The notes under the pieces are model-generated. The model was not told where the DNA came from, searched no databases, and saw only the letters and a program-made list of their open reading frames with translations. The translations under genes and the position numbers were made by a program. From the NCBI GenBank assembly GCA_951406725.2, contig OX597819.1, positions 66,774,001 through 66,838,000 of the forward strand: a stretch of 64,000 nucleotides of DNA. Direction: 5' to 3'. Shown one piece after another: positions 13,350 to 28,124 of this stretch. Each line of letters opens with the position of its first letter. Position 1 is the first letter of the stretch. The stretch is from Octopus vulgaris (lineage: Eukaryota).

Positions 13350-14095
13350 AACCGTTTGAAAGTTAGGGGGTCTTTTTGTACTTTAATTTCTTTCGGGATA
13401 ACATTGCAAAGTGCAGGCCCCTTTGCAGTGAAGACATTGTGTCGCAATGTTCTTATGTGATATTCTCTCGACCTTTGTATGTGACGCATTGCACAGGGGC
13501 TTAGTTTTGGGTGAATTGTAAACATAATGCCAATGTCATTTGGTTTTTGTTTGAGGAATATTTTCCACTTGGTGCTAATAATTTATCGTTCACGGCGGCG
13601 TTGCCGTGAATACAGCTTCAGCTGTTTAATTCGAACCTAATAATCAAGTCCCAACATATATGTATATATATATATATATTGTAATTTGTCTTTGTACCGC
13701 TTCGATCCTCATTATGTCTTGTATTTTGTGGGGTGGGGGAACCAAAATGGGCAGTAGTATTCAAGTTGGGGCCTGGTGAATGTGGAGAAGAGATGGATGA
13801 TGTTTACATGATGCATAGACTGAAAAGTTCTCAGGATCCATGAGGACATTCTGCCGGCAACTTCGACTTTTTTGTTGATGTGCACATTCCAGCTAATGTT
13901 GCTATCGACAGTTACACCTAATTTGCAGATATCATCCAAGGTTCACGTAGGTCTCCCAACGGTAGTGTATGTGGTCATTTGAGTGTACCCTCAGTTCCAA
14001 AGTGGATGAGCTCAAAATGTTTTTCGTTCAATTGCATATTGTTTTCTTGTGCCCACTGGGTTACTGTGCATAGGCCCGAATGAAGCATTGGTCGG
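13350..14095 (-). mobile_element. Degraded CR1-group LINE ORF2 C-terminal fragment
   Basis: WAQENNMQLN, LGVTVDSNISWNVHINK, RPQLEYYCPFWFPH, GPALCNVIPKEIK. Confidence 0.75.
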
Positions 14096-14130
14096 TCATA
14101 TGCTCACTTAATGAATTCACGTATATATAA

Positions 14131-14360
14131 TACAAAATTGGACAAGAACCCAAACCATCCGGACAACGGGGCTGGTCAGATTTGAGCAATCTCAAGATTA
14201 ATCAGCCGAAATTGCGAGGATGATCTGGTTCTTGACTGAGGATAGGATGCTTCAAATGACCCGTTCTTGATTTTTTTGTATCGTCTATCTGGATGTTTTG
14301 TTGTCTCTTTAAGTATCACCTAGTTGGCAGGATTGTTTGCGTTCTTGTCCCATTTTTGTA
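14131..14360. mobile_element. Short element with ~30-bp terminal inverted arms in TA-rich site
   Basis: TACAAAATTGGACAAGAACCCAAACCATCC versus revcomp of 14330-14360, TACAAAAATGGGACAAGAACGCAAACAATCC. Confidence 0.6.
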
Positions 14361-14544
14361 TTTATATATATATAGCAGCGTACGTACACTTTGTACTTAT
14401 ATATATATATATATATATGATGGGCGTCCACTCGTGACCGAGGAAGACCATTGTTGACCTTTAGGGACACTGTGCGCTCTAGGAATAACTTATATTTTGC
14501 ATTTGCTGCTCCGTTGGTGGCTAATGAGCCCTGCTCTAAACATG

Positions 14545-14765
14545 CATACACGACTGCATAAATTGCAAACCAAGCAATAAAAAAAAACTGAAGATCAAAC
14601 ACAAAAGAAAGCAACAACACGCGCGGACGTGGTACATGTATTAGCTGTACAAGCATTAGCTGGTGCTCAGGATGAAAGGAAGGTGGTTTTACGATTCGAG
14701 CAAAGCTCTTCTTCACAAGGTCCAATGGAAGGGAAGACAGAGGGAAAAAATAACCAACGATTCTC
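14545..14765 (-). mobile_element. PLE-like terminal fragment with degenerate HHR (14685-14721)
   Basis: Minus strand GTGAAGA-A-GAGC-TTT-GCTC-GAAT-CG-TA-AAACC. Layout resembles 40815-40950. Confidence 0.5.
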
Positions 14766-14788
14766 ATGTGGTTACATTTTGAAAATGC

Positions 14789-14872
<84 letters not shown>

Positions 14873-14875
14873 GTC

Positions 14876-14920
<45 letters not shown>

Positions 14921-15490
14921 GCATTTGTTGTGTGCATACACTACGCTCACAAATATGGGCGACATACTTGTCTTCAGCGGCTCACGCACATTACTTCTAG
15001 TGTTTGTTCTTTTTCTCAACTATCTTTCTTTTTGTAACATTCTAATATTCTTCAAGATTTCTTTTCAGTATTCACTGAAGTAAATTCTGGTTCCAACCAT
15101 TATTTCCTTAAGAATGTATTTTTATTTTTCTACCTTCATTATCTTCAAAGCTTTCTTCCGTATTTCTTCAACTGACACATTACGTTCTTGGGAGACATTC
15201 GACTTTCTTCCTTTCTCTCCATATAACTAACACTCTTTTTTACTTTCTTCTTTCTTTCTATAGTCCTCATTCATTCTGTCTATATCTTATATGTGTACTC
15301 ACTCTTTTGTTTTTGTTGTTGTTCTCGATTCCTTCAATAATTATTTCGATTGCACAATTTCTTTTCATTTTCTACATAACTCAATCTCTCTACAATTCAC
15401 TAATCACTTTCTTTATCACTCTCTCTCTCTCGCACTCTCTCTCTCTCCACATTTTCCATAGTACTTCCAATATATGTGTGTGTGTACCTG

Positions 15491-15559
<69 letters not shown>

Positions 15560-15653
15560 ATATACATATATATATGTGCGTATAAATGTATGTATATATA
15601 TATACATCTATCCATATATTCTTCTGTGTGTTTACTTGTAAGTACATGTATTT

Positions 15654-15696
<43 letters not shown>

Positions 15697-15832
15697 ATAT
15701 CTCTATATATGCTTAATATGTAACCTGTATTTAAGAATATGTATATATACATACATATATATAGACATATATACATACATATACATGCATACACGCAAAC
15801 ACACATACACACACACACATACATATATATAT

Positions 15833-15886
<54 letters not shown>

Positions 15887-16194
15887 TTATGCATGTGTGT
15901 ATTTTTGTATGTATGGAAGAATAAATATATGCATATATGTATGTAAGTATGTGTTATCAAGGTATTTGTGTATAGTGAAAGAGAGATTATGCATATTCGC
16001 CGGATTAATAATCGTCTCAGCCGCCAGTTATATTTGATTCTTTCATCCACGAAGCATTTTTTCCTAAATTTCCTTTTATGTATGTATACATTTCTACGCG
16101 TATACATATCCGTACACGCATATACACACCCAGACCAACATGGGTACCTAAACCCCCATATGTAATTATCAATGAATATGTATATAGCTGTGTG

Positions 16195-16269
<75 letters not shown>

Positions 16270-16363
16270 TTATCTATATATCTATCCGTTTCTCCGTCTC
16301 TCTCTCTCCATATCTATATACATGTCTAAAGTGTAGTATATATATATATTTATGTATATCTAA

Positions 16364-16445
<82 letters not shown>

Positions 16446-16462
16446 TTATGTCTATCTATCGA

Positions 16463-16495
<33 letters not shown>

Positions 16496-17212
16496 GTATA
16501 TATATATGTATATATATACATATATATATACATATATATGCACACACACGCACACACACACATAGATAGATAGATATAGATATTCATGTATACATATAAT
16601 GTCTATGCTTACATATATACATACACAACTTTCTATATATAAATGTGTGTGGTGAAAGGGAGAAAGAGAGAGGGACTTAGAGAGAGTGATAGAAACTGAG
16701 AGAAAGTCTCACTAGTAGATTTATAGACAAAATTTCTAACATATATGCCTACGTACATAGATTCGCGTATTTATATATAACCTGTTCTTGCCTATGTTTT
16801 CCTATGTATTTACAATACTGATATTTAATTTATCGTATATGCTTATTGAAGTTACACAAAAGTTTGTTGAAATCTGATTCTCGTCTCTTTTCGTACGCCA
16901 TATATTTTTCTATCCTTTATTAAAAGAAGAAAATGCATTGATTCACTAACTTCGCTAATAGATTTTCGAGATGAATAGTCGAAATCGTAACCCTTTTTAG
17001 CTTTCCGTTGCCATATTAGCTTCTGTGATATAATTGACTAGAGATCATAGCGCAATATATGAATATAATGTGCGTTTCCTTCTTATTTTATTTCGTTTTT
17101 GTGTGGGTACTTGTTACAATTTCAAATAGGATTATTGAAGTACGTTCTAGTATAGACGCACCTAAGTTCATAGATACGCATGCAGCCACATGTATGTCTG
17201 TGTGTGTGTACG

Positions 17213-17255
<43 letters not shown>

Positions 17256-17596
17256 ATGTGTAGGTATGCATACATGTATCGAGAAATACCTTTGTAACAC
17301 ACACGCAGACACTCTCTCTCTCTATATATATATATATGTGTGTGTGTGTGTATGTGTATGTGTGTGAATGTGTGTATTATTCATGTATGAATGCATGTAT
17401 GCAAATATAAACACATAAATACATTTACAGACACACACATAACACTCACACACTGTCACAGATACACACACACATGTATATATGTGTATGTATATATATA
17501 TCTTAGAAGTTTTGGAGATGATGTACAGTTATATTATTATATTATATTATTCTTCTAATATATATATTATATTATTATATTATATTATTTTTTCTA

Positions 17597-17709
<113 letters not shown>

Positions 17710-18393
17710 CATACATATATACACACATGTGTGTGTTTGTGTGCGTGTGTGTGTGTGCGCGCGCGCGTATTCTTCACTCGTTTATTCCTATTCTTATTTT
17801 ATTATTTGAACTCTGCTCCATTGTCCGGAAATCTTTCGTCACACATCTGTCACCTCTTCAGCGACACTTTTCCTTTCCGTGTGTGATCTTGCTCCACTTA
17901 CTTCTTTCTGCTCATCTAAGATGTGTATCCTTATGTGTCCGCTCGTTTCTCACTTTGTTCATGTGTGTATGTGTGTGATTCTGTGTGTGTGTATATATGT
18001 GTGTATATTTGTGTGTGTCTGTGTTTGTGTGCCACATAATTTCTAGCAAGAGTGTGGCCTTTCCTCAGTCCCATCCTCTCATCCTTTTATGCTGCTACTG
18101 TCCTAAGACCCGAGAAAAAAAACATGGTAAATTCCTGTATTCCTGTGTGAATGTGTGTTCGCCCACGGTGTTGACATCGTGGTAGTTGTCGTTATTTCTG
18201 TTATCTGTCTACTGTCGTGACAGTTCTATGTGTCGATAGTACTCCATCCACTATGCTATAAATCGAGCCTCTATGTTCTGCTTGAGCATGCTGGTTGAGC
18301 ACTGACGAGTTTTTCCCTTCTTTGAGCTCTCGCTAATATCCATCTATACGCTCTAATATTTTGCGTGCAGTCCCTCCTATGTAGGTAGTTGAC

Positions 18394-18448
<55 letters not shown>

Positions 18449-18528
18449 CGCACATATATACGCATATGTAAAAGTTTTCTCGTCAACTGCCGTAATGTAG
18501 TTGGTGGGAACAACTAGTGCTCAATTTG

Positions 18529-18675
18529 GGCGCAGGAGTGGCTGTGTGGTAAGTAGCTTGTTTATCAACCACATGGTTCCGGGTTCAGTCCCACTGCATG
18601 GCACCTTGGGCAAGTGTCTCGGCCGACCATAGCCTTGTGAGTGGATTTGGTAGACGGAAACTGAATGAAGACCGT
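18529..18675 (+). mobile_element. tRNA-derived SINE (family A)
   Basis: GGCGCAGGAGTGGCTGTGTGGTAAG...GGTTCAGTCCC...ACCTTGGGCAAGT...GGATTTGGTAGACGGAAACTG. Other copies at about 19575-19718, 27722-27882(-), 34905-35020, 35300-35400(-), 44300-44410(-) and 55058-55135(-). Confidence 0.8.
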
Positions 18676-19246
18676 TATATGCGAATATGTTTATAAGCAT
18701 GCATGTATGCATGCATATTAGTGTGCGCACCCAGATGCTTGCGTACTTGGGCGCGCATGCCTGAGTATACGTGCACACAACAAGTGTTGGGAATTGTTAA
18801 GCGTTGGAAGTTGGTAACCCCGTGTGCTCCCATGTTCAGAAGCGAATTTTTGCATCAACACACACATGCAAGGAAAACCATTTGTCCACTTCCCCACACA
18901 CATATATAAATCCATATATACCTCCCATACCACCCCTTCCTACTTGCTCTCCAGCAACCCCATCTATTCCCCTTCCCCGTCCACCAGGCGGTCGACTTCC
19001 TGTCTTGCACGTAATCGGTTTCCTGTTGACCGTGCGGTATTTTCCAACTAAATGTTGTCGCTCATATACCGATGCTTCAACATCAAACTGCGACAAAGCG
19101 TCACCTTCTTCGACCAATCGCAAGTCCGACTGACTGTAATAACAATCAACTTCTTTCATTCAAATTCAAAATGGCTAAAGACTAGCATCACGCTTGAAAC
19201 TCGGAGTACCAACAAAATTAAAACAAACTGTTTTGATTCATACATA

Positions 19247-19284
<38 letters not shown>

Positions 19285-19285
<1 letters not shown>

Positions 19286-19528
19286 TTTATTTTAAGCAGC
19301 AGAAAATTCAACAAAATCTGTTACTCTGAGTTTCTCGTTGCCGTTCATCAGACAGTTTTTGCTAGAATGGAACATATATAGCAAAAACTGTCTGATGAAC
19401 GGCAACGAGAAACTCAGAGTAACAGATTTTGTTGAATTTTCTGCTGCTTAAAATAAAGCATATTACTCTACCACTGGTATTTGAGTACTCTTTTTTCCAC
19501 CTTGTTTCACATTTATGTGTTTACTCCA
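19285..19528 (+). mobile_element. Fold-back HHR element in (TA)n: 80-bp perfect inverted arms + 14-bp spacer + 70-bp tail
   Basis: Arms 19285-19364 and 19379-19458 are exact reverse complements. The tail is 19459-19528. (TA)n on both sides. Confidence 0.9.
19388..19425 (+). ncRNA. Type-I hammerhead ribozyme motif
   Basis: CTGT-CTGATGA-ACG-GCAA-CGA-GAAA-CTC-A-GAG-TA-ACAG. Intact core, GUA cleavage triplet, one mismatch at the base of stem II. Mirrored on the minus strand at 19318-19355. Confidence 0.75.
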
Positions 19529-19562
<34 letters not shown>

Positions 19563-19751
19563 TAGACTTTTGCTCAGGTGTATGGCAAGAAGCTTGCTTC
19601 TCAACCACAGAAATTTTCGTATTCAGTCCTCGACCGTGACAACTTGAACAATTGCCTATAACCTCGGATTTAATAAAGCCTTATAATTGGACCTGGTAGA
19701 GGAAAACTGAAAGAAGAACATCATATAATATAGACAGACAGACAGACAGAT

Positions 19752-19829
<78 letters not shown>

Positions 19830-20740
19830 ATGGATAGGAATATAGATACACAGACAGACAGACAGACATATAGATAGATATATCGATAGATAGATAAATA
19901 AATAGATAGATAAATAGATAGATGCCTACATCCACATGTGTCTCGTCATGAAATGTTTTGGCCCCTACCACTGCTGGGCAGGTGGTGTTTGTTGTGCATG
20001 TCTCCATAACCAAGTGAGTTGACAAGAGATCAAATCCCGCGTCTTAAAAATCAAAATTGCTGAAGTTGATTTGATCGACTTGAAACTCTATAACACGGTG
20101 TCCCAGTACGAACGTGGCCATATTTTACACTTGAAAGCTGTGACGAAGTAAGAAAACACGAACAGAAACAATATGTCGGTTAATAAGTTAATAAATGTAA
20201 CTAGTATTGCAAATATCACCGAAAAGATCTTTGTACGTAGCGTATGGTGAGGTTATATAGATAATGTATGTAGTAAAGATACCATAAGCAAAAGAAAAAA
20301 GTTTTCTTTGTTTTCTTTTTCTTTTGCTGACACCGAATCTAATAATGTTAGTAAAAACATTGAAACAAAATTTAAATTACAATACTTAACTTTCATTTAG
20401 ATGCTATATGGCATCATAAAAATATATTTTCTGTCGTTTTGCAGTAAAGACAAAGCTAAATAAATTATTGGCTCTTTTTCATACCTTTACATAAAGTTGT
20501 TCAGGTCTCTGTGGGCCGCATTTTGTTTTCTCTGTCTACTAATCTACATATTTTTTTTGCGTCAAGCTACAGCAATGTGGTGTTATACAATAGCAATTTG
20601 TAATAAAGAATTGCAGGAAACATAAAGTAAATTTATATCTATACGAGTTGCATAAGTTTCAATAATACAATGCGGCATTTTATTTTTTTATGTTAAACAG
20701 CAAGGATTCGGAGAATCCATTATAACTGATATACGCATAT

Positions 20741-21171
20741 ATGTGTGTGTGTGTACGTGTGCGTGCATATGTGTGTGTGCGTGCGTTAATGTGCGCGCGA
20801 GTGTATTTATGTGCGTAGGTGTATATGCCTGTGTATGTGTACGTGTTTGTGAACGTGTGTGTGTACGTGTGTGTGAACGTGTATATGTGTACGTGTATGT
20901 GTGTACGTGTATGTGTGAACGTGTATGTGTGTACGTGTGTGAGTGTAAATGTGTCTACGCGTGTGTGTGTGTGTACGTATGTGTACATGTGAGTGTACGT
21001 GTGTGTACGTCTGTATGTATGCCTGTGTACGTGTGTGTGTATGTGTGCGTGTATGTACGTTTGTGTGTTTGTACGTGTGTGTGTGTGTGTACATGTATGT
21101 GCATCTACGTGTGTGTGCGTGCATGTGTTTATGTGCGTGTATGCCTGTGTGTACCTGTGTGTGTGTGTGTG
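20741..21171. repeat. Degenerate (TG)n/(GTAC)-interspersed purine-pyrimidine alternating tract
   Basis: Directly visible. Confidence 0.9.
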
Positions 21172-21183
21172 ATAATATCTGTG

Positions 21184-21500
21184 AGGGCGCGTTTCTCAGT
21201 GGTTAGAGTAGTGCGCTGACAACCATAAGGTCATATGTTTGATTCTTGACCGTGCATTATGTCCGTGAGAAAAAACACTTTAATTCATTTTACTCCAAAT
21301 TCAGCTAACAAAAATCACTTAGGGTTGTAACCCAAAAAGCAGGCCCTTTCACTTACTGTGCCACGCTGAATCACATTCCAAAGCAAGTTATATTGGATCT
21401 TGTGTCTGCGGGGTGCTCAGCCACTTGCACGTTAATCTCCGACCAGGCTGTTTCATTGATCGCATCAACTGGAACCCTCGTTTTCGTAACACGCGGAACA
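21184..21500 (+). mobile_element. Degraded tRNA-derived SINE
   Basis: A-box-like CTCAGTGGTTAGAG and B-box-like GTTTGATTC. The 3' part resembles revcomp of about 57490-57555. Confidence 0.5.
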
Positions 21501-21640
21501 ACAGTGGTAATGCTTTGAAAGTTTGCTGAATACTTAATATTCAAATGCTATATATATCTGTGTATGTATGGATGTATGTATGGATGGATGTATGGATCTC
21601 TCTCTCTCTCTCTCCATATATATATATACACATATATACA

Positions 21641-21707
<67 letters not shown>

Positions 21708-21709
<2 letters not shown>

Positions 21710-21825
21710 TGTATTGGTTTAACACTTGGGAACGTGAGAAAGTCTTTTACGTTTCGAGCCTTCAACAGAATGGAACACGTGGAAATATACAGAGAGATAA
21801 TGCAAAATGTTTTGGAGCTAGCCAT

Positions 21826-21830
<5 letters not shown>
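21708..21830 (-). mobile_element. Fragment of the 40815-41623 HHR family (stem II partly deleted), between (TA)n tracts
   Basis: AGTCTTTTACGTTTCGAGCC-TTCAACAGAA matches 40911-40947. Confidence 0.55.
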
Positions 21831-21864
<34 letters not shown>

Positions 21865-21934
21865 AAAGGGTGTCTGTTTCTCAGTGGGCATGTTTTTGCG
21901 TGTGTTTATATTTTATCAATTTATTTATACACGC

Positions 21935-22997
21935 ATAACAAAACTTGCCTCTCTACTCTCACTTTCCTCTTCAAGTGATACTTGAAGAAGTTGATCAGAG
22001 ATTGACCAGAAAAGAAAGTGTTTGTCTCTAATCCTTTCAGGCGTGTCCACCAGATACATTCTTTCGCCATAGCCACAAGTATGATAAAAATAGCTCTTCC
22101 TTCCCGTTTGAAAGACGTCCCGAACAGGCGGGTCAGGTATTCCTCGTCGACGCCTAGGTTCGCCCCAAGATCGTCGTCGTACCTCCCCTCCACTAACCCC
22201 CTATAGAATGCTCGGGTTGTGTTGAAATTACTCAAGGTCGACCCGGGACGGCATAGTTGCTTGAGAGCAAAGCGACACACGCGGTGCCATCGCCCTTCCT
22301 CGGCCCCTTTTTGTTCCACGACTGCAGTTCTGTCATGGAGACGAACTGCGGGAAAGCGTGCCTCACAAACGGCGACCACACCTGTTCACCGTCGTCTACA
22401 TAGAGCCGGAGATGTTGCAGTCTCAGCACGTGTCTGCACATCATCAACCACGGCATGCCCAGCCCTCCTTTTAACGGGTGTTGACAGTAAATGGATCGCC
22501 TGACCAACGGGACGCATCCTTTCCACAAGAAGCGGAAGATAATTCGTTCTAGTTTGGTGATGGTAGGGTCGGGACAAGGTACGACGGTCAGGCGGTAGTA
22601 GATGATGGACGCGATGTACGTGTTCGCCACCTCCGCCCGACCTTTTAGGGACAGTTTCCTCTCGGCCCATTGCCGGGGAGAGTGACCACCCTACTCGTTA
22701 TCTCGTTCCAGTTCTTCTCCATTTGGAGGTCCGGACCGAACCAGACCCCGAGCAACTCACCCGGCCGTCCGTCCAGCGTCCCACGACAGAGGTGCCGGTG
22801 AACGGCATGGGCTTGCTTCTCCAGATGCCGAGCCGCAAGCCCACTGACTTTTCCCGGTTGATTTTCGCTCCTGTCACCGCTTCGTAGTCTTTCAGTATCT
22901 CGCCGACCAGCTCGATGTGCTCGTGACTTGATACTATGACGGTGACGTATGCAGACACGCTCGTCCCGCATCCCAATTCTCACGGGATGCCCCTCGA
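21935..22997 (-). mobile_element. Tx1/L1-clade LINE ORF2 fragment (RT C-terminal half), frameshifted
   Basis: VSAY..., YEAVTGAKINREKS, LLGVWFGPDLQMEKNW, LSLKGRAEVANTYIASIIYY, FRFLWKG, GGLGMP. Confidence 0.85.
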
Positions 22998-23122
22998 TGG
23001 ATGGATGGATGGATGGATGGATGGATAGAGAGACAGATAGAATAACAGATAGATATATAGGCAGCCTGATGGATAAATAGATAGATAGACAGACTGAGAG
23101 ACAGACAGACAGATAGACCGAC

Positions 23123-23162
<40 letters not shown>

Positions 23163-23203
23163 ATAGATATATAGATAGATAGATAGATAGATAGATCGAT
23201 AGG

Positions 23204-23257
<54 letters not shown>

Positions 23258-23303
23258 TAGATAGATAGATAGATCGATAGATAGATAATTAGATTTATAT
23301 ATA

Positions 23304-23342
<39 letters not shown>

Positions 23343-24029
23343 TTGTGTATACACGTGTGCGTGTTCGAACATATATATGCAAACCGCAAATTACATTGCC
23401 AGTAACTGCGAGATGACGTCAGATTAGTTTTAATAAGTGACTATTATATAATTTTGTAGAATCCATGCAATTTTCATTCATTGATATATTTCAAAGAGAC
23501 AAAGATACCACAGACAAAATGGAAGATTATCAATAAAAAAAATTAAGACAATTCAAAATTGAAATGATAAAAAGCTGTCTTTTTTTTTTTTTTTGGCTGT
23601 AGCTTTCTATTATATTAGGAAATAAAGAGAACAATCTCTAAAATATTAAAATATTTATTATACTGCAATGCACAGAAATAAAACAGGAACGGAAGGCGAT
23701 ATGAAATAATCAAACCAGCTAAATTATTTTTGATAAAATTTCACTAGATCAGTTTTCTAAGAAACAAATGTATCCATGCACATATATGGAGGGAAATATG
23801 CTTAAATGCACACATGCAAATATACATATACATACACATAAAAATACATATATATATGTATATATGTATATATGTGCATGTATACTTATATTTATATATA
23901 TACACACAAATATACATGTATATGTGTATATATATGTATATACGCATATGTATGCATGTATACCTACATATATATATATATATACACATACACATCCATA
24001 AACACACTTACACATATTTATGTGAGCAC

Positions 24030-24099
<70 letters not shown>

Positions 24100-24399
24100 G
24101 TGTATGTGTGTGTGCATATATGTATATATTCATAAATGCATGCTTACATACATACACATATATACATAGATATATACGTTCATACAGGTATGCATAAAAA
24201 CATGCATGCCAACATACAAACATACATACATATATACGTATATATATTTATTCGCGCCTGAGAATATGTGCATCTCAATAAAACCTTTCTCTACGTGTAT
24301 ACTTATGCATGAAGGTGCACCAATATCTATCTTACATATAAACATGAGGAAAATATCATTGGATATATCATTATTGTTATTTACTACTATTGTTGCAAG

Positions 24400-24812
<413 letters not shown>

Positions 24813-24927
24813 ACATCAAATTTAAAGTTGATAACACATTTAAATTTGTTTTTATATTTTGAATTGAAATTATATATATATATGCATATATATATATATA
24901 TATATACATTTATATATATGTACACAC

Positions 24928-25009
<82 letters not shown>

Positions 25010-25445
25010 ACATGTATGTATATATGCAATTTTACATCCACGATATCATTCCATATGTATTGTGTCTCGTAATGAATGAGAGAGGATAGGAAAATTAATA
25101 ATAGTCTATTGAAAATTTCTGGCGAAATCATTTGTTACCGGACTTTTTAATTCATATTTTGTGAAAGGCTTCTACAGTTATCATGAATGTACAATTTTTA
25201 ACTCTCGCTTTCGCCCTTGGCTTTATGAATAGCTTGAAATTTGAGTGGAACTCCAAAAACTAGGTGGATACCTCATAGTAATATATTAATGATTCCATGT
25301 ATACGTACAAATAGACATGCGTGAACGCTCACACAATTCTTTGCTTGCAAATATAGTTTTCTATATGCAAATGTGTGTATGTATACACACGCATACGCAC
25401 ACACATATCGATGTGTCTATCCATGTATTTATATATGTATGTGTT

Positions 25446-25493
<48 letters not shown>

Positions 25494-25504
25494 TTATATA
25501 GATA

Positions 25505-25551
<47 letters not shown>

Positions 25552-27269
25552 TATAGATATAGGCATAAGTATACATGTATGGACTTATGTCTGTGCATTG
25601 CGTAATATTCCATAAGTTATCAGTCCATCAATACAGAATATAACTACAAATCTACTCAATGTAAAGTGTTATATGAGAGTGTGTGTATACAGAGAGATAA
25701 ATATGTAGATAGATAGATAGATGTATATATAAATGAAGACGTACTAGTAACTGTTGTGACAATTCATACTAGCACTGTTTCAATAGCCTTGGAGATTCTT
25801 TCCATAAGATGAATTTTAAAATACGATGTGACTTTACATAACTTTCCTTACTTAATAAACTCTATTTCCTCTTAACTTATCAGGCATTATTCTCCAATCG
25901 TGTGTGAAATTGGACTGCGAAGTATTTGACCCCATCACATATATCTTGCGTATAGCATTAGTCCCCCGAGAGAAGGATCTTGCTAGAACCCCCTTGCTCT
26001 TGTGGTACAGTACTACAAATTACGAATTTTCTGTAATGTCACATCATACTTTGAAATAATTCATATGTAAACAAATTAGCAGCTTGATGAAACATATGTA
26101 ACATGAATTGCATCGACGGTCTTGATTTCTTCTCAATTTATCAAATTGATTTACTCTCTTGATACGTGCAGAATTTAGAGTTGCAGCATACCTGCTCGCA
26201 TTATATATGTTAATATTGCGTGCTTGCTCCACTGGCTTCGTGAGTAGGAATATTCATCAGTATTCCTTCTTGAGCACATTACTCATCAACTGTTTTCCAG
26301 ATTATTACTGAGTTGATAACCACGATCGTGGATGTCATGATACCACTATATTTCAAGAAGCTATCCTAATAACTGCTTGAAATATAAGTTCCTCGCACCT
26401 ATCATGTCAGTTTCATTTGTTTGATTTCGCTATGAATCCGTTTGTTTTATTATATTAAATATTAAATATTACTTATATAACACGTTGCTTCTTGAATAGG
26501 CCAATGTTTATACATGATTAAAATATACATCAGGACGGTGGAATTAATGTATGATATAATCTATGAATGCATAAATAATATGTTAATGGAATACATTAAG
26601 TAAATGATAAACGTCACTTGTTATTCTTTTTATATCTTCTAAACGCCTGGAAACGACCCTGAGTCATATGTGCGGTTTATAGGGGATTTGGTGCCCGTAT
26701 ACATACGTGAAGTACACTAACAACATGTGACACCAAATGAATGTTTATACAGTTAACTACATATATGTATATATATATATATATATATGTACTAGATAGA
26801 TACATAGATCGATAGATAGATAGATAGATAGATAGAGATATAGTTATAAATATAAATATATATATAGATAGATAAATAGAGATATAGTTATATATATGCA
26901 CATATAGATACATGCATTCATATATATATGTACATATATATAATTAATAAAACAAACGAAGGTAAAGACAATTCCTTCAAAGAGATGTAAAATATCCAAT
27001 TCTCACTGGTTCAAAAGTTGAATACCACAGATAAAAGGTTATAATTACAATATACAGGTATGTTAAATACAGAGATACAATTGATAAGCTACAAATGTAC
27101 TTAATTTAAAATATCATAATACAGTAAAATATATGTAATGATATAACATCCTTTGATACTTTGATAGGTGTCGGCCAGTATTGGTCCAGGTCATGTCTAA
27201 CTTCATAGCACCATCCGGCAAGTCATTCCGATTAGGAATCGGACAACATGGCCTACACAGGTAGAGAGT

Positions 27270-27425
27270 TTACGGAGACATGTCAGGCTATAGGTAGTTT
27301 ATCCAGGATTTTTTGAAGGAATTTGTCCAAAGAGTTCTTGAAATTTTGGGGGTCTATCTGTTCTTTAATGTTTTTTGGTGTAATATTAAAGAGAGCGGAG
27401 CCAATTGAGGTGAAATAAAACAATT
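27270..27425 (-). mobile_element. CR1-group LINE extreme C-terminal fragment
   Basis: FTSIGSALFNITPKNIK...FKNSLDKFLQKILD, similar to the ends of the 13350 and 28125 elements. Confidence 0.6.
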
Positions 27426-27482
<57 letters not shown>

Positions 27483-27685
27483 CTCTTTACTCTTTTACTT
27501 GTTTCAGTCATTTGACTGCGGTCATGCTGGAGCACCGCCTTTAGTCGATCAAATCGACTCCGGGACTTATTCTTTGTAAGCCCAGTACTTATTCTATCGG
27601 TCTCTTTTGCCGAACCGCTAAGTAACGGGGACGTAAACACACCAGCATCGGTTGTCAGGCAATGCTAGGGGGACAAACACAGACA
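27483..27685. mobile_element. Interspersed short repeat (family B)
   Basis: TTGTTTCAGTCATTTGACTGCGGTCATGCTGGAGCACCGC...TTTTGCCGAACCGCTAAG recurs at about 35100-35280, 54915-55050 and 38690-38810, and inverted at about 32850-33040, 19960-20150 and 43130-43290. Confidence 0.75.
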
Positions 27686-28053
27686 CACAAACCCACACAC
27701 TTATATATGTATACATATATACGACAGGCTTCTTTCACTTTCCGTCTACCAAATCCACTCACAAGGCATTGGTCGGCCCGGGGCTATAGCAGAAGACACT
27801 TGCCCAAGATGCCACGCAGTGGGACTGAACCCGGAACCATGTTGTTGGTTAGCAAGCTACTTACCACACAGCCACTGCTGCGTCTATATATATATATATA
27901 TAATGCCAAAAATGTGCTTCGACTCATATACCCTACTGAATTTATAAAAATTCCCATCTATGTATACAAGCTTCTTCAAAGACTTCCTTAAAAAGAGAAC
28001 TGATGAAATTCTATGTAAAGACTGTCAAATCAATACACACTCACACACACACG

Positions 28054-28102
<49 letters not shown>

Positions 28103-28124
28103 ACACCTATATATATATATTATT

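Noticed and set aside
25780-26420. Possible PLE N-terminal remnant on the minus strand
   Set aside because: Only a vague similarity with many stops, so it cannot be supported.
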